Shown: in pieces, positions 1-9,553 of the stretch
Numbering within the stretch: the stretch's first letter is position 1
Layout of the letters: the number at the start of each line of letters is the position of its first letter
IMG/VR virus record: IMGVR_UViG_3300045988_162176
Location: 64,001 to 128,000 of that record
Length of the DNA stretch: 64,000 nt
Reading direction: 5' to 3' (one strand)
From: a virus
The notes under the pieces: generated by a model
Told to the model about the DNA's origin: nothing
The model's input: the letters and a program-made list of their open reading frames with translations, nothing else
The model's database searches: none
Translations under genes and position numbers: made by a program

Positions 1-30
1 TCCAAAGATTTTCCATATTACACCTCTATT

Positions 31-76
31 ATAAAAATAAAAGTCTCATAATCAATATTAAATTAATTATGAGACC
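31..76 (-). terminator. Rho-independent terminator
   Basis: 10-bp stem gtctcataat/attatgagac (43-52 / 66-75) followed on the minus strand by a T-run. Confidence 0.6.
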
Positions 77-99
77 TTTTATTAAATTAGCTAATTCAA

Positions 100-890
100 T
101 AAATTGTGAAGACTTGGAAGTTATTCCCCGTTACATTACTTCCTACACTCATTGAAACTTTCCCGTTTGCGGCTATCCATTTCGACGGACAAGTGATTAC
201 AAATCTACAAGTCTTCTGTAAAACTGTGAACAACCTACCCGTAGGTTATTCAAATACGATAATAAGCGCTCCGACCCCCATCGGATTCTTATTAAAGGTG
301 AGGAATAGACGACGTTCACCTCACTATGAGCCTCTGGTCCTAGCATCTGGACTCACCACGAGCCTTTGGTCCTATACTATAGTACTCTGGACAATGCGAC
401 GCTCTTTGGCTGATACTCTTTGCCAGCAAGTCATTTGTAGGGAATAGGTGTATTCACCCTACTATAAGCCTCTAACCATTACTTAAAAAATATCTCGCTC
501 TTTGTCCAACATCTTTAGTTGGCAATCAACCTACACCATCGAGCAAGAATTCGATAGGTAGGATTTAATAATTCTTGCAAGAATTTCCCTCGTTAGCTTT
601 CAGAGGGAGAGCTTGTCGCTCTAGCATCTTTATAGTTCCTATTCCTATAAAGGGTGCTTCCGACAGTATAAACTTTATACATGTCTAAGAAGTCATTGCA
701 TCTCAGCTATTATTGAATATTCAATTATGTGTCTTACAGTCAAGAACGTGATTTGTCTATCAGGCCCGAGTAGTGCAAACCAAGAAGATTTTTTCTGCGC
801 TCTATCGGGAAGAGTTTTTTCTCTTTCGGATAGCGGATAGAATCTTTTCTCCTTTTTTTCATCCTTTCCCTTGGGACAATCTTAATATAC
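100..890 (-). ncRNA. Candidate large structured ncRNA (~0.8 kb, class unknown)
   Basis: No minus-strand ORF between the CDS ending at 898 and the terminator at 31-76. Visibly more GC-rich than flanks, with many local helices. The only ORF (106-447, +) opposes all other genes. Confidence 0.3.
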
Positions 891-897
891 CATAAGA

Positions 898-1170
898 TTA
901 GTTTCCTGTCAAGGGTTTATTATTTTTTTCTTGAAGAGTTTTTACCAACTCTTCATAAGATTCAATAAGCTCTTTTTGTGCTTCTGCTTTTCCTTCTAAA
1001 GATTTAATAAGTCCCTCTTTAGCTTCATCTAAGTTTTTATAGGTTTCTTCTGCTTCTGCAAAAGCTTTAGCATAAGCATGAATTCCTCCAATAATAGTTC
1101 CAGCTAAAAAGAAAATCGCTAAAACACCTATGGCAAGAATAATACATAAAGCAACTTGAGTAGTGTTCAT
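898..1170 (-). CDS. Hypothetical protein (N-terminal TM helix + coiled coil)
   Basis: ORF track; hydrophobic N-terminus then K/E-rich helix; TAA stop. Confidence 0.6.
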   Translation of the reverse strand: MNTTQVALCIILAIGVLAIFFLAGTIIGGIHAYAKAFAEAEETYKNLDEAKEGLIKSLEGKAEAQKELIESYEELVKTLQEKNNKPLTGN

Positions 1171-1394
1171 TTTCTTTTACTAACCTCCATTAATTTATTT
1201 TCAGGTTCAATTCTAAATTGTCCCATTTCCCAATCAAAACCAAGACCAACAGATTGAACTTTTTCATAGGGTCTGCCACCCCAATTAGCTTCAAAATTTT
1301 CAATTGTAATTACTACTTGAGATTCTTTGTATTGCTTCCAGTATGGACTTTCAGCTATCTCATTAAGAATTTCTCTTAATCTTTCAACTGTCAT
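1167..1394 (-). CDS. Hypothetical protein
   Basis: ORF track; ATGA overlap coupling with neighbours. Confidence 0.6.
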   Translation of the reverse strand: MTVERLREILNEIAESPYWKQYKESQVVITIENFEANWGGRPYEKVQSVGLGFDWEMGQFRIEPENKLMEVSKRK

Positions 1395-1600
1395 TTTTCT
1401 ATGTCCTTTAAATAAAGTTTAAAAAAATGGATAGCGGTCATAAATAGACAACCACTTATAAATAAACAAAAAGATGTTAATATTTCTCCTGTCGAGCTAT
1501 CTAATCCTGTTATCCCAATGGCAATAAGAAAATACAAACAGAATAACGCATCAGCCAAATTTGGATTTACTAAATGTCGATTTGATTTCATACAATCCAA
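1391..1600 (-). CDS. Hypothetical membrane protein
   Basis: ORF track; two hydrophobic segments. Confidence 0.55.
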   Translation of the reverse strand: MDCMKSNRHLVNPNLADALFCLYFLIAIGITGLDSSTGEILTSFCLFISGCLFMTAIHFFKLYLKDIEK

Positions 1601-1953
1601 AAATGAACAATGTCTTTATAAGGAGAAGTCCAACTATCTTCTGTAAAATTAGTCCAATCTAAAATACATCGAGTAAAGAAATTTTTACAACCGCTAATTG
1701 TACCCCAACCGTTAGGAGATTCATACTGTTTATATTTATCTGGAAATCTTTCAAGCTCTTCTAAGCCATGAATGATAAATGGAATAACATCTTTTACAAG
1801 ACCATTATCTTCTTCATTCTTCCACTCTAAGTCTGTAGATTTCTGAATCATTTCCCTTAAATTATAGGTAATGTTTGCTTCACAATTTCCAACGTCAGCC
1901 CAAAGTTTAGGGTCATCTTTACATTGAACTCGATAGCTAATATCATAACTCAT
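1588..1953 (-). CDS. Hypothetical protein
   Basis: ORF track. Confidence 0.6.
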   Translation of the reverse strand: MSYDISYRVQCKDDPKLWADVGNCEANITYNLREMIQKSTDLEWKNEEDNGLVKDVIPFIIHGLEELERFPDKYKQYESPNGWGTISGCKNFFTRCILDWTNFTEDSWTSPYKDIVHFWIV

Positions 1954-2139
1954 TTAATTAACCTCTAAATCAATGTGACCTACATACACAAAGCCAACAA
2001 CATCGTTAACACCAGTAGTATATGTGTCATTGATTTTGCGTATCTCGGTGTTATTTTGAATTATCCACAAATCCCCAAAGAAAGGATTGTAATAGATATC
2101 TCCATTTTCATATAATAATTTGATTTTATTGTTTTCCAT
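1954..2139 (-). CDS. Hypothetical protein
   Basis: ORF track. Confidence 0.55.
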   Translation of the reverse strand: MENNKIKLLYENGDIYYNPFFGDLWIIQNNTEIRKINDTYTTGVNDVVGFVYVGHIDLEVN

Positions 2140-2305
2140 GATTCACCTCAGATAAATAATTGTTAATAGTCATAAGATAAGGACAGTCTTCTAATCTTGA
2201 TAATGGGCAATCCCTTTTACTAATGTTACACACATCATAATAAAAATCAGAACAAAAAACGCAATCTCCGCAATAAGCGGGTAATTCAGTTACAATAAAT
2301 TTCAT
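2126..2305 (-). CDS. Small Cys-rich protein (59 aa, below ORF-track cutoff)
   Basis: Hand translation MKFIVTELPAYCGDCVFCSD...; ATG overlaps the methyltransferase stop (ATGA). Confidence 0.4.
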   Translation of the reverse strand: MKFIVTELPAYCGDCVFCSDFYYDVCNISKRDCPLSRLEDCPYLMTINNYLSEVNHGKQ

Positions 2306-3243
2306 GTGTCTACCTCTGGAATCTTATATTCATCTGGAAGAAAACTAAAGATATGAGCAATTACGTCTACTGTCCATCCATTACCTAATGCCTTTCTTGC
2401 TGCACTATCTGGAATCATATTAAGAAAATCATCAGGAACAGTCTGTAAACGACACATTTCTTTAGTAGTATAATATCTAAAAGGTAAATTATTTTTAAAA
2501 GCATCTGGATGTCTACCAATAGAAAGTGGCGTAAGGACATTATCTTTGTCTACAGTAGTGAGACAATTTGATTTGTCTGTATTTGTAGCGCGGACTTCAA
2601 GACATTGTGTAATAGGAATCGTTTTATCAGTATCTTTTCTATGCCCATTTTTATCTAATCTGCGACCAACAATAGTGGCTTTATTTAATCTTCTTCCCCT
2701 AATTGCCGCAGGATTAGGAAATTCAACATCTTCAAGAATATCTTCTAATGTAATATTTTTATTTTCTGGAAGTGTTACATTAGGAATATTAGTCCAATAA
2801 AGTCTACGTCTGTTCTGTGCTGAAACAAGAGAAGAGTTAATTTCAATGGGTTCTACTCCAAGAATATTTGTAATAATATCTTCCCATTCTTTTTTCATAA
2901 TTACATTTTCAAGTAAAAAATATTTTGGTTGGGCTTCTTTTATTGCACGAGCATATTCATAAAACAATTTACTTTGAGAACCTTTTAATCCTTGACCATT
3001 ACCAGCCATACTCAAATTTGTACAAGGAGAACCCCCAATAAGTAAATCAATTTTACCTTTGTATTTGGTAAAATCTTCTATGGTCACATCTCCATGTTCA
3101 ACTACATCAGGAAAATTTGTTTCTGTGGCTTTAATTGCGTTCTTCTCAATCTCGTAAGCATCATAAGAATCAATTTTAATTCCTGCTCTTTCAAGTGCAA
3201 GATGACCGCAACAAATACCATCAAACAAAGATAAAACTCTCAT
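2302..3243 (-). CDS. DNA (cytosine-5)-methyltransferase
   Basis: Motif I FDGICCG, motif IV GGSPCTNLS, motif VI LLENV, motif VIII QNRRR, motif X GNGW. Confidence 0.9.
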   Translation of the reverse strand: MRVLSLFDGICCGHLALERAGIKIDSYDAYEIEKNAIKATETNFPDVVEHGDVTIEDFTKYKGKIDLLIGGSPCTNLSMAGNGQGLKGSQSKLFYEYARAIKEAQPKYFLLENVIMKKEWEDIITNILGVEPIEINSSLVSAQNRRRLYWTNIPNVTLPENKNITLEDILEDVEFPNPAAIRGRRLNKATIVGRRLDKNGHRKDTDKTIPITQCLEVRATNTDKSNCLTTVDKDNVLTPLSIGRHPDAFKNNLPFRYYTTKEMCRLQTVPDDFLNMIPDSAARKALGNGWTVDVIAHIFSFLPDEYKIPEVDT

Positions 3244-3680
3244 TATCCGTAAAAACCTCCATCGGGCGGGTCTCTTCTATAATTAGGACAAGGTATATCA
3301 TTTACATGGTCTCTAAAACAATCTACACCCCAAGTATGAATACAGTTACCACATAAATAAAAAGGTTGTGTCTAAAAATTATAATATGATGGCTTCTTAG
3401 GTGGCTTTTCTGGTGCAATGGGAATTTTCTTAGGAACTGGAATAGTATCAGGGTCAGGTTGAACATTCATATCTTTCATAAGTTCTTCCTTTTCAACTTT
3501 CTCCCAAATATCCATAGCTGAATTAAGAAAGTCAAGAGTATGTTCATCATACCCCAAAATCTTAAGCTCTTTGATTAAATCTTCATTGCCAATTTTCTTT
3601 AAAACATTTGGAAAAGCATAAAGTAAAACTTGAACATGACCAAATTCTTTACGCCATTCATTATACTCTTTTACAGTCAT
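3243..3680 (-). CDS. Hypothetical protein with Cys-rich C-terminal tail reached by reading TAG 3372-3374 as sense
   Basis: The ORF-track 3372-3719 ORF continues in frame past TAG for 42 codons (..CGNCIHTWGVDC..) and ends in a TAATG overlap with the next start. Start taken at ATG 3680. Confidence 0.5.
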
Positions 3681-3903
3681 TAATAATACCTCGTCTTTCG
3701 ACCTCAAATTTAAGTTCACTTACTGCTACGGTAACTGGCATAGATACAAAATGGTCATAATAATCTACAGCCTTAGAAAAATAACTACCGTGCTTAATAG
3801 GCCAATTCTCTTTGTTTTTTGGAGGATTCTTTTTTTCGATTTCCTTAAGCTCTGAACAAGCTGACCAAAGTTCTGCATTAGTTAAATTACGGAAATAGCC
3901 CAT
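3661..3903 (-). CDS. Hypothetical protein
   Basis: ORF track. Confidence 0.55.
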   Translation of the reverse strand: MGYFRNLTNAELWSACSELKEIEKKNPPKNKENWPIKHGSYFSKAVDYYDHFVSMPVTVAVSELKFEVERRGIINDCKRV

Positions 3904-3983
3904 AATAATACACCTTTCACTTAATATAATTGTGATTGTATATAAAGAATAACATAGTTTTTCTTATTTGTCAATAGGAAACA

Positions 3984-4013
3984 ATAAAAAAAGAGAGGGA
4001 ATTACCCCTCTCT
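3984..4013 (-). terminator. Rho-independent terminator
   Basis: Stem agagaggg/ccctctct (3992-3999 / 4006-4013) then a T-run on the minus strand, just downstream of the vWA gene stop. Confidence 0.65.
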
Positions 4014-4029
4014 TAATTTATTTTTTAAC

Positions 4030-5748
4030 TTAGGCAAAAGCCTTAGTCTCAACAGCGTCATAACGCTTAGTCAGAAGAACATCCATAAGTGCATCCCAAG
4101 GATTAGTCTTGCCCGAGAGAACCATTTTCAAAGTTTGGACACTAAACCCGCTGACCATGATACCATAGTCATTCTTAGTCATGGGAAGACCATTTCCGGT
4201 ATTACCCGCTCCTGCGACATTCCAGAAAATGATTTTGCTCATTTCATACCCAGCGTTCTTGTACTTCTGCTCAATAGACTTAAGGAAAGCAGGAGCTTCC
4301 TGAGCAGTAGCACGAGTGCTGTTATAACCCCAATAACCATAACCACTGCCAGTGCTAACATTACGGATATTTACCATAGAATCCCAACCACCATCACTGA
4401 TAATCAGAATATTCTTAGGCAAATCACTCTGAGGAGAATGATTCTTAATTGCAGTATCAAGAATCAGGTCAAATACTGCTTCAAGGTTGGTATTAGCAAC
4501 CTCACTATGACGAGCAGCTTCCCTAAGATTTGCACGCAAAGAGTCATGATTAACATTAACCATCTGAGGACGTGCAGAGAAAGTAATGTAACGACCCTTA
4601 TATGCACCCTTAGCACGCTCTGCAAAGTAAATTGCAAGGGAGTTAGCAACCTCAAGAGCAGTCATACGAGTACGACCCACAGTAGCACACATAGAACCAG
4701 AGCCATCGGCAACAACAATAGTGGAACTATCATCGGTTACAAGATTGGGAAGAGCCTTCCACATGCCTTCAAGGGCGGCATCATAAGAACGAGGAGAAGT
4801 ACCCCAATCATTCTCACAATACTTGTGAACAATGTCACAAGGATTAGAGACAGAAGAATTAATCTTCGCCTCACCCTTAGTAAGAGCGTTCAGATATGCA
4901 CGGCGGCGCTCTTCATCATTACGAAGGAAAGCCTTATTGTAATTAAGGTTTGCCTTAGAAGGAACAGTCTCGTAATCAATGCTCTGCCAGTTCTGAGAAG
5001 ACATCTTACGCTCAACAACGTCAAGATACTTACGGAGAGCAGACAGACCCTTACGATACTCACGCTCAGTCAGACCGAGCATATCCATAGTCTTAAGACC
5101 ACGCTTACGAGTATCATGGCTGTGAGAAGAAGCACTATCAAGCCACTTCGCCATAAGGCTAATGGACTTACCCTTCTTCATGTTAGCCATATCTTCCTTC
5201 CACTGCTTGCGAATCAGTTCACGAACAACAGGCTTAGTGGTAGGATTATCCATGACAGTATAGATATAATCCCAACGAGAATACTCAGGAATCATAGGAA
5301 TCAGGTTCGCCACAATCTGAGCACCACCATTGTTCATCATATCCTTAAGACAAATCTGGAAGAGACGGCGCTCACCCTGACCCTCACGGATATCGCCAGC
5401 ATAGAACAGCCAACGAATAGCGAGACGAGGATTCTCAGAATAAGCGGCACGGAACTTCTTCACAATATCGCCATCGGGAAGACTACGAAGAGCAGAGATG
5501 GAAGTGTTGATGTCAAGAAGAGCAGAACCAGAGGACTTATAGGCAATAGCACCATTAGAAGTGTACTGCTTATCAGCAGGAAGAGAAGGAACTGCAACCT
5601 TAGTGTAGTAGCCCTTGGCAGTATTCTCAACCTTGTCCATGAAAGAAGCCTTACGGCTAACTCGGTTGGACTTAGTAACAGGCTTTTCAGGCTTAGGAGC
5701 CCAAACCTTAGTGTTATTCTTCTTGTTAGGATTGTTGTAGTTATACAT
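4030..5748 (-). CDS. vWA-domain protein with large N-terminal DUF2828/TROVE-like region
   Basis: MIDAS motif VVADGSGSM and vWA-like C-terminal half. Start placed at ATG 5748 behind AAGGAGAA; the longer ORF-track N-terminus would overlap repeat E0. Confidence 0.7.
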   Translation of the reverse strand: MYNYNNPNKKNNTKVWAPKPEKPVTKSNRVSRKASFMDKVENTAKGYYTKVAVPSLPADKQYTSNGAIAYKSSGSALLDINTSISALRSLPDGDIVKKFRAAYSENPRLAIRWLFYAGDIREGQGERRLFQICLKDMMNNGGAQIVANLIPMIPEYSRWDYIYTVMDNPTTKPVVRELIRKQWKEDMANMKKGKSISLMAKWLDSASSHSHDTRKRGLKTMDMLGLTEREYRKGLSALRKYLDVVERKMSSQNWQSIDYETVPSKANLNYNKAFLRNDEERRRAYLNALTKGEAKINSSVSNPCDIVHKYCENDWGTSPRSYDAALEGMWKALPNLVTDDSSTIVVADGSGSMCATVGRTRMTALEVANSLAIYFAERAKGAYKGRYITFSARPQMVNVNHDSLRANLREAARHSEVANTNLEAVFDLILDTAIKNHSPQSDLPKNILIISDGGWDSMVNIRNVSTGSGYGYWGYNSTRATAQEAPAFLKSIEQKYKNAGYEMSKIIFWNVAGAGNTGNGLPMTKNDYGIMVSGFSVQTLKMVLSGKTNPWDALMDVLLTKRYDAVETKAFA

Positions 5749-5770
5749 AATTTTCTCCTTTTCTAAAGGA

Positions 5771-5836
5771 CTAGACTCTTTTTGTCCTTTTTTCAAAATA
5801 AAAGTTTTTTGTAGTTTGCTGTGAGAGTCTAACTAC
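5771..5836 (-). repeat. E-repeat copy E0 (in the 5' leader of the vWA gene)
   Basis: Arms ctagactct (5771-5779) / agagtctaa (5824-5832), the latter preceded by tttgctgtg. Confidence 0.7.
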
Positions 5837-5850
5837 TTATGACAATAGAT

Positions 5851-5879
5851 ACTATAACAGATGCGTCTTAATTTGTCAA
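5851..5879 (-). promoter_or_regulatory. Sigma70-type promoter
   Basis: Minus strand TTGACA (5874-5879) - 17 nt - TATAGT (5851-5856). Confidence 0.65.
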
Positions 5880-6338
5880 GAGGTTATTAGAATTATTTTC
5901 GTCTTTTCCTAAGTTTTTTTCAAAGTTGTTTATAAAAAGCTGTTTAGCATTTTGAGCTTTATAGCAAATATCATTAGTAATAGCATCTTCTATTCCCTAA
6001 AACAATGAAACAAGGGGACATAAAAGTTCTCTTTCATTTTCATTATCTGCTAAAGCATCTCTACTTTTTGCAATAGAAGTAAGTTCTCTTATAATGATAT
6101 CTTTTGTTTTAAATTCTAATTTGGTAGTAATTTCACCATCAGATTTATCTGCAAGTTTTTCAAATTGCTCTTTAGATAGATATTTTTTATTTATTGTTAC
6201 CCAAACCTAAATTTCACCGTTGGTGTCTACTAAAATAGGAATATCTGTTCTATCTTCTGCTCGATTTGCTAATTTTCTTATCCAAGTCTAATAGGCTTTC
6301 TATCCCTCTTGGGTCTAAAGCCAGTTAATATCAACCAT
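5868..6338 (-). CDS. Hypothetical protein (five in-frame TAG codons)
   Basis: Hand translation MVDINWL*TQEG*KAY*TWIRKLANRAED... is open from ATG 6338 to TAA 5868 only if TAG is sense. Absent from the ORF track. Confidence 0.55.
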
Positions 6339-6368
6339 AATTATACCCTCTTATACTCAATTATACCC

Positions 6369-6740
6369 CTATTCAGATTTCAAAACAGAAATTTTAATTC
6401 CACCTTCCTCGAATTCATACTTGGCACGAGGAATTTTTACTCTTAAAGTACCAGTTTCTTCATTAGAATCCTGATTTACAATAGGTAGAGTAAAATTTAA
6501 ATTAACTGTATCATCGAAATTTTTCTCCATGTTAAATTCTTTTGGTTCAAATTTAACAAACATCTTAGATTTTTCAGAGCGAGAAAAATTTAAACTAAAA
6601 TCAGATGTGTTATTCAATTGAACAGAATTGTGTTTCAAACATGCAGTTAAACCACAATATCCTCTAATATTGGCGTATTCACAAGAAATGCCCTTTGCGT
6701 TACAATACCCTTTAGTGGGATAATAATCTCCTGTATTCAT
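6369..6740 (-). CDS. Hypothetical protein
   Basis: ORF track. Ends at a TAG; read-through would add only 4 codons before TGA. Confidence 0.55.
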   Translation of the reverse strand: MNTGDYYPTKGYCNAKGISCEYANIRGYCGLTACLKHNSVQLNNTSDFSLNFSRSEKSKMFVKFEPKEFNMEKNFDDTVNLNFTLPIVNQDSNEETGTLRVKIPRAKYEFEEGGIKISVLKSE

Positions 6741-6742
6741 TG

Positions 6743-7342
6743 TTAATTCCCCTTAAAGTAATACTCATAATGTTCTCCATCCCAAAGAGGATGTTTAACC
6801 ATCTTGTCAGTATTCCAATCAGAATATTCACCATTTTCGTTCACATCAGCAACATAACAATTATCATCAGGGTCGCAACCATTATCATTGCCAGTGTAAA
6901 TACAACTTTTTGGGTCAAAAAGAAAACGTTTTAACTTGTCATCGTCTTCAAGAATTTCATTAATGAAGGGAACAAGTTCTCCTGCATGGTCTACAGAACC
7001 GCCATTATCCCAAAATTCCCAACCACCATATTTGCTTGTTTCTCTTTTATAGGTTGGAACGAAAATTTTAATCTTAAAATCTTCTTCAAGTTTACGCTTA
7101 AAATCTTTCGCTTGAGCAAACATATCACAGTTAAGCATGGCAGTGTAAAGATAAGAAGCCTTATCTTCTGTGGAAGAGTAGCAACGTGTGTCCCAACCAT
7201 AATCTTCATCTGCATTAAAATTTAGATAAGCTGGAATATGTTTTGGACCATAATTGTCCTTTGAAATAACAAGAGAATGACAAGAACTTGAATTTGTCTC
7301 AAATACGTTCTTACGAATCTGTTTCATTATTTGTCTCCTCAT
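6743..7342 (-). CDS. Paralog family 'MKQIRKNVFETNSSS' member 1
   Basis: N-terminus MKQIRKNVFETNSSSCHSL shared with the ORFs at 10046, 10897 and 12778. Confidence 0.65.
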   Translation of the reverse strand: MRRQIMKQIRKNVFETNSSSCHSLVISKDNYGPKHIPAYLNFNADEDYGWDTRCYSSTEDKASYLYTAMLNCDMFAQAKDFKRKLEEDFKIKIFVPTYKRETSKYGGWEFWDNGGSVDHAGELVPFINEILEDDDKLKRFLFDPKSCIYTGNDNGCDPDDNCYVADVNENGEYSDWNTDKMVKHPLWDGEHYEYYFKGN

Positions 7343-8276
7343 TCAAATCTCTCAAGAACTGATACATTTCAGTAACAGTCTTATCGCCAACATCATAACG
7401 ATTATTTACATCACAAGAATTTCTTGCAAACTGCATTTCTACTGCGTCAATGTACATAGAAGCACTGGTCTGTTCACCGTCTTGGCCATCATCGCCCATG
7501 TACATAGTATTCCAGTCTTCCTCAGACATAAGACGCTGAGGTTCGAGCTGTTTAATAGCAAGGTTGTCAAAACTAATAACAGAGAACCACTTCTCGTCAA
7601 TCATATGACCAAGATTGTCATAGATTGCTTTCTGTTTATTCGCTACAAGCTTCTTAGCCCAATCTTCCTTAACATATTCCTCACCACGACGAACAGTCTT
7701 ATAACCAAGAATGAGAATCTTAAGGTTACGATTCTTAAGAGCACGAAGAGTATCCATTGTTACAATACCATTAATGACATGGAGAACAAGATTAGGATAC
7801 TTAGAAATAGTCTTAAGGAACTGTGGCTGAAGAGGGTCAACAAGAGAGACCCCAATGCCATAGATGAACTTCTCATTAACAAGCTGTTCAATAAGCTCTT
7901 GATTCTTCATGAATTCAAACTGATGAACAGTAATATTGGGAATGAGTTTGAGTTCCTTGCACTTGCGGAGAAATGGAATCAAATCAGGGTGAGAAGTTAC
8001 TGCGCCACCGCCAACTGCAATTTCAGTGTATTCGTGAAAACTTTTAAGGAGATTTTGGAACTTTTCTCCCATAATATCGCCGCTTTTACCCTCTAAAGTG
8101 GCATTTTCATGACAAAATTTACAACCAATAGGGCAAAATCTGGTAATGCAAATGTCGGCGCTTTCTGGAAAATCAGCCTTGAAAAAGCTCAAATCATTTT
8201 CACGAGTTTTGGTTCCGTTGTCCAGATTCAGCTCCACTGTATAATTTCCGTTCTGATAGGTAACAATATTATCCAT
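7311..8276 (-). CDS. Radical SAM enzyme
   Basis: CxxxCxxC cluster motif FCPIGCKFCHEN near the N-terminus. Confidence 0.75.
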   Translation of the reverse strand: MDNIVTYQNGNYTVELNLDNGTKTRENDLSFFKADFPESADICITRFCPIGCKFCHENATLEGKSGDIMGEKFQNLLKSFHEYTEIAVGGGAVTSHPDLIPFLRKCKELKLIPNITVHQFEFMKNQELIEQLVNEKFIYGIGVSLVDPLQPQFLKTISKYPNLVLHVINGIVTMDTLRALKNRNLKILILGYKTVRRGEEYVKEDWAKKLVANKQKAIYDNLGHMIDEKWFSVISFDNLAIKQLEPQRLMSEEDWNTMYMGDDGQDGEQTSASMYIDAVEMQFARNSCDVNNRYDVGDKTVTEMYQFLRDLNEETNNETDS

Positions 8277-8292
8277 TTTATTTTCCCTTTCT

Positions 8293-8466
8293 TTAATGTT
8301 CGATGCGAGGATTATCCTCCATATACTTCTTTACTTTGTCACCATCATAGCGAGAGGGACAAGCATTACAAAGGTAAGAACCATAATATTCACAAGCATG
8401 AACCTCTTCCTGAGACTTGGGAGCAGACTCACAATTCAGGTGGTCATATGCGCAATAAATCTTCAT
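8293..8466 (-). CDS. Small Cys-rich protein (57 aa)
   Basis: Hand translation MKIYCAYDHLNCESAPKSQEEVHACEYYGSYLCNACPSRYDG...; sits directly upstream of the radical SAM gene. Confidence 0.4.
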   Translation of the reverse strand: MKIYCAYDHLNCESAPKSQEEVHACEYYGSYLCNACPSRYDGDKVKKYMEDNPRIEH

Positions 8467-8468
8467 TT

Positions 8469-8831
8469 TTATTCGTCTCCTTTTTCTCGAACAATGTAAA
8501 TATTATTTCCTTTATCTTCAAGAATTTCATAATTCTTTATAAAATCTAAGGAAACATTTTCTTTTAACTGTACTATATATCTCTCTTCATAAATTGGATG
8601 AAGAGCACTTTGAAACAGTTTGCCAGCAACAAAACCAAGCCCAATAGCACTTAAAGCACAGATAAGAGTTAGTATCCAACCTAGTTTTTGTTTTAAGCAT
8701 TCTCCAAATGTCCAAAGCAGCATTAAAGTAAAAGCTAAAAAAATGAATCCTACAAAAATTAAAGCATCAGAATCAGCAGATACTCTAACCATTTCAGAAG
8801 TTAAAACTTCAACACCATCAATCATCGGCAT
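8469..8831 (-). CDS. Small membrane protein, tandem paralog 4
   Basis: ORF track; TM helices then conserved tail ..Y.V.L......F...Y.I.E..GN.Y.V.E. Confidence 0.6.
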   Translation of the reverse strand: MPMIDGVEVLTSEMVRVSADSDALIFVGFIFLAFTLMLLWTFGECLKQKLGWILTLICALSAIGLGFVAGKLFQSALHPIYEERYIVQLKENVSLDFIKNYEILEDKGNNIYIVREKGDE

Positions 8832-9174
8832 CCCTCTCTTTAATTACATAGACATTATTGCCTTTTCGTTCAACAATATCATATTTATCAATAAAGTCAG
8901 AAGAAATTTTATCATCTAATTGAACAAGATATCTGTCTTCATATTTTGGATTAAAAACGCCATCGAAACCAATATAGGAAATAACACCTAAAAGTATTAT
9001 CAGTCCAAGACCACATACAAATGTTGGTATTTCTCCATCTTTAACACAAGAGACAAGCATAACAATTAAAACAATACAACCTATTACTCCAACAATAGCA
9101 AGAATTAAACTACTTAAAAAACCACAAGAGATACAAATAGTTTCAGTAGTAATTAGATTAACACCATCAATCAT
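8818..9174 (-). CDS. Small membrane protein, tandem paralog 3
   Basis: Same architecture as 8469-8831. Confidence 0.6.
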   Translation of the reverse strand: MIDGVNLITTETICISCGFLSSLILAIVGVIGCIVLIVMLVSCVKDGEIPTFVCGLGLIILLGVISYIGFDGVFNPKYEDRYLVQLDDKISSDFIDKYDIVERKGNNVYVIKERDADD

Positions 9175-9553
9175 CTTTGTCAGCCCTTTCTTTTAATGTG
9201 TAGATTTTTCCTTCTCTGGAAATAATATAGTCTTCTTCAAGTTTTTCATAATCAGTTAAAGAAAAATGGTCGGGGTCAGTAAATCTAACTTCATAAGAAA
9301 TAATTTCAACTGGATGTTTCATTGCATACAAATTAAATCCTGTAACCACACAGAAAAGAATTGTTGCTGCAACAATAAAACAAAATCCATCCATTGACCC
9401 ACATCCTTTAAACCAATCTACAATATATGCGCATATGCAAATAATTCCAATAAGCACAATAGCAATAGAAATAGCAAGAACAAACGGGTCTCCGTCTTTC
9501 GTAGTTACAACTGTATTAAGAATTTCAATAGCAGGGTTATTTTCAATCGACAT
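9167..9553 (-). CDS. Small membrane protein, tandem paralog 2
   Basis: Same architecture. Confidence 0.6.
   Translation of the reverse strand: MSIENNPAIEILNTVVTTKDGDPFVLAISIAIVLIGIICICAYIVDWFKGCGSMDGFCFIVAATILFCVVTGFNLYAMKHPVEIISYEVRFTDPDHFSLTDYEKLEEDYIISREGKIYTLKERADKDD

Noticed and set aside
106-447. 113-aa plus-strand ORF in the terminal non-coding region
   Set aside because: It has the opposite orientation to every other gene and no RBS. It lies in a GC-enriched, helix-rich segment better explained as RNA.
4135-5766. 543-aa plus-strand ORF (and other plus-strand ORFs in the track)
   Set aside because: It lies antisense to a minus-strand gene with clear vWA/MIDAS motifs. The product is low-complexity and S/T/I/L-rich, with no RBS. 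All recognisable genes in the window are on the minus strand.
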